DNA of 32,037 nucleotides. Origin: Chloroflexota bacterium. Lineage in GTDB: Bacteria > Chloroflexota > Limnocylindria > QHBO01. Position 1 is the first letter of the stretch, and each line of letters begins with the position of its first letter. The DNA is taken from positions 1-32,037 of the forward strand of contig VBJX01000023.1 of assembly GCA_005879775.1 (NCBI GenBank), in the 5' to 3' direction. Below, piece after piece: positions 31,831-32,037 of the stretch. The notes under the pieces were generated by a model that searched no databases, was not told the DNA's origin, and saw only the letters and a program-made list of their open reading frames with translations. The position numbers and the translations under genes were made by a program.

Positions 31831-32037
31831 TCAGCTGTCTCGAAGCCTGGCCAGCGAGGCGAAGACCACGATGACGATGTACGCCACGCCCGCCGCCGTA
31901 GCTGCTGCCAGGGGCCCGCTATCCGCAGCAAGCCCGTTTGCCAGCCCGGGGAGATTCGAGCCGATGATCGAGACCCCAATCACGGCGGAAACGATGAGGC
32001 CCACCAGCGGCGACCAACGGGCCCAGCTCGGAGCGGC
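31831..32037 (-). CDS. C-terminal fragment of a membrane protein (the 5' end lies outside the window)
   Basis: The minus frame is open from the window edge to TGA at 31833-31831. Hand translation: AAPSWARWSPLVGLIVSAVIGVSIIGSNLPGLANGLAADSGPLAAATAAGVAYIVIVVFASLARLRDS. It is not in the track because no start lies in the window. Confidence 0.45.
   Translation of the reverse strand, partial: AAPSWARWSPLVGLIVSAVIGVSIIGSNLPGLANGLAADSGPLAAATAAGVAYIVIVVFASLARLRDS

Overview
High-GC bacterial chromosomal segment; single 60-nt lines I counted gave about 70% G+C in core genes. I call 34 protein-coding genes, two of them truncated by the window edges, plus one tRNA-Gln(CUG). The fused E1/E2-type 2-oxoglutarate dehydrogenase (Kgd/OdhA-like) and the many TANNNT -10 boxes 7-9 nt upstream of start codons suggest an Actinomycetota-like or similar monoderm high-GC lineage (inference only). 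Most of the window is core metabolism and maintenance: kgd, mdh-gltA, thrB, gltX, upp, mutY, tag, a Cys/Met PLP enzyme and a PLP dehydratase. Envelope and accessory genes are interspersed: a PGRP-type amidase with Ig-like repeats, bactofilin, a PQQ-type sugar dehydrogenase, a P450, an ABC-F ATPase, an EamA transporter and an MBL hydrolase. I saw no transposase, integrase, CRISPR array or rRNA. Many long ORFs in the supplied track are antisense or out-of-frame shadows typical of high-GC DNA, and I rejected them. The most interesting locus is a small, visibly more A/T-rich cassette between upp and mdh (about 24.7-26.9 kb). It holds an ArsR/SmtB-family sensor with a CxCD...CC thiolate motif, a divergently transcribed GT-C-type membrane glycosyltransferase-like gene, and a 16-codon ORF absent from the supplied track. 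That ORF encodes MPRGCCDPDCCPGDCC and has a consensus Shine-Dalgarno, a consensus TATAAT and a 22-bp AT-rich palindrome over the promoter; a related half-site pair sits at the arsR promoter. I propose a metal(loid)-responsive ultra-short polycysteine, metallothionein-like peptide module. Other notable points are an in-frame loss of the NBD2 H-loop in the ABC-F protein, a zinc-ribbon/voltage-sensor-like/SHOCT membrane protein, and a cysteine-less peroxiredoxin-fold protein.
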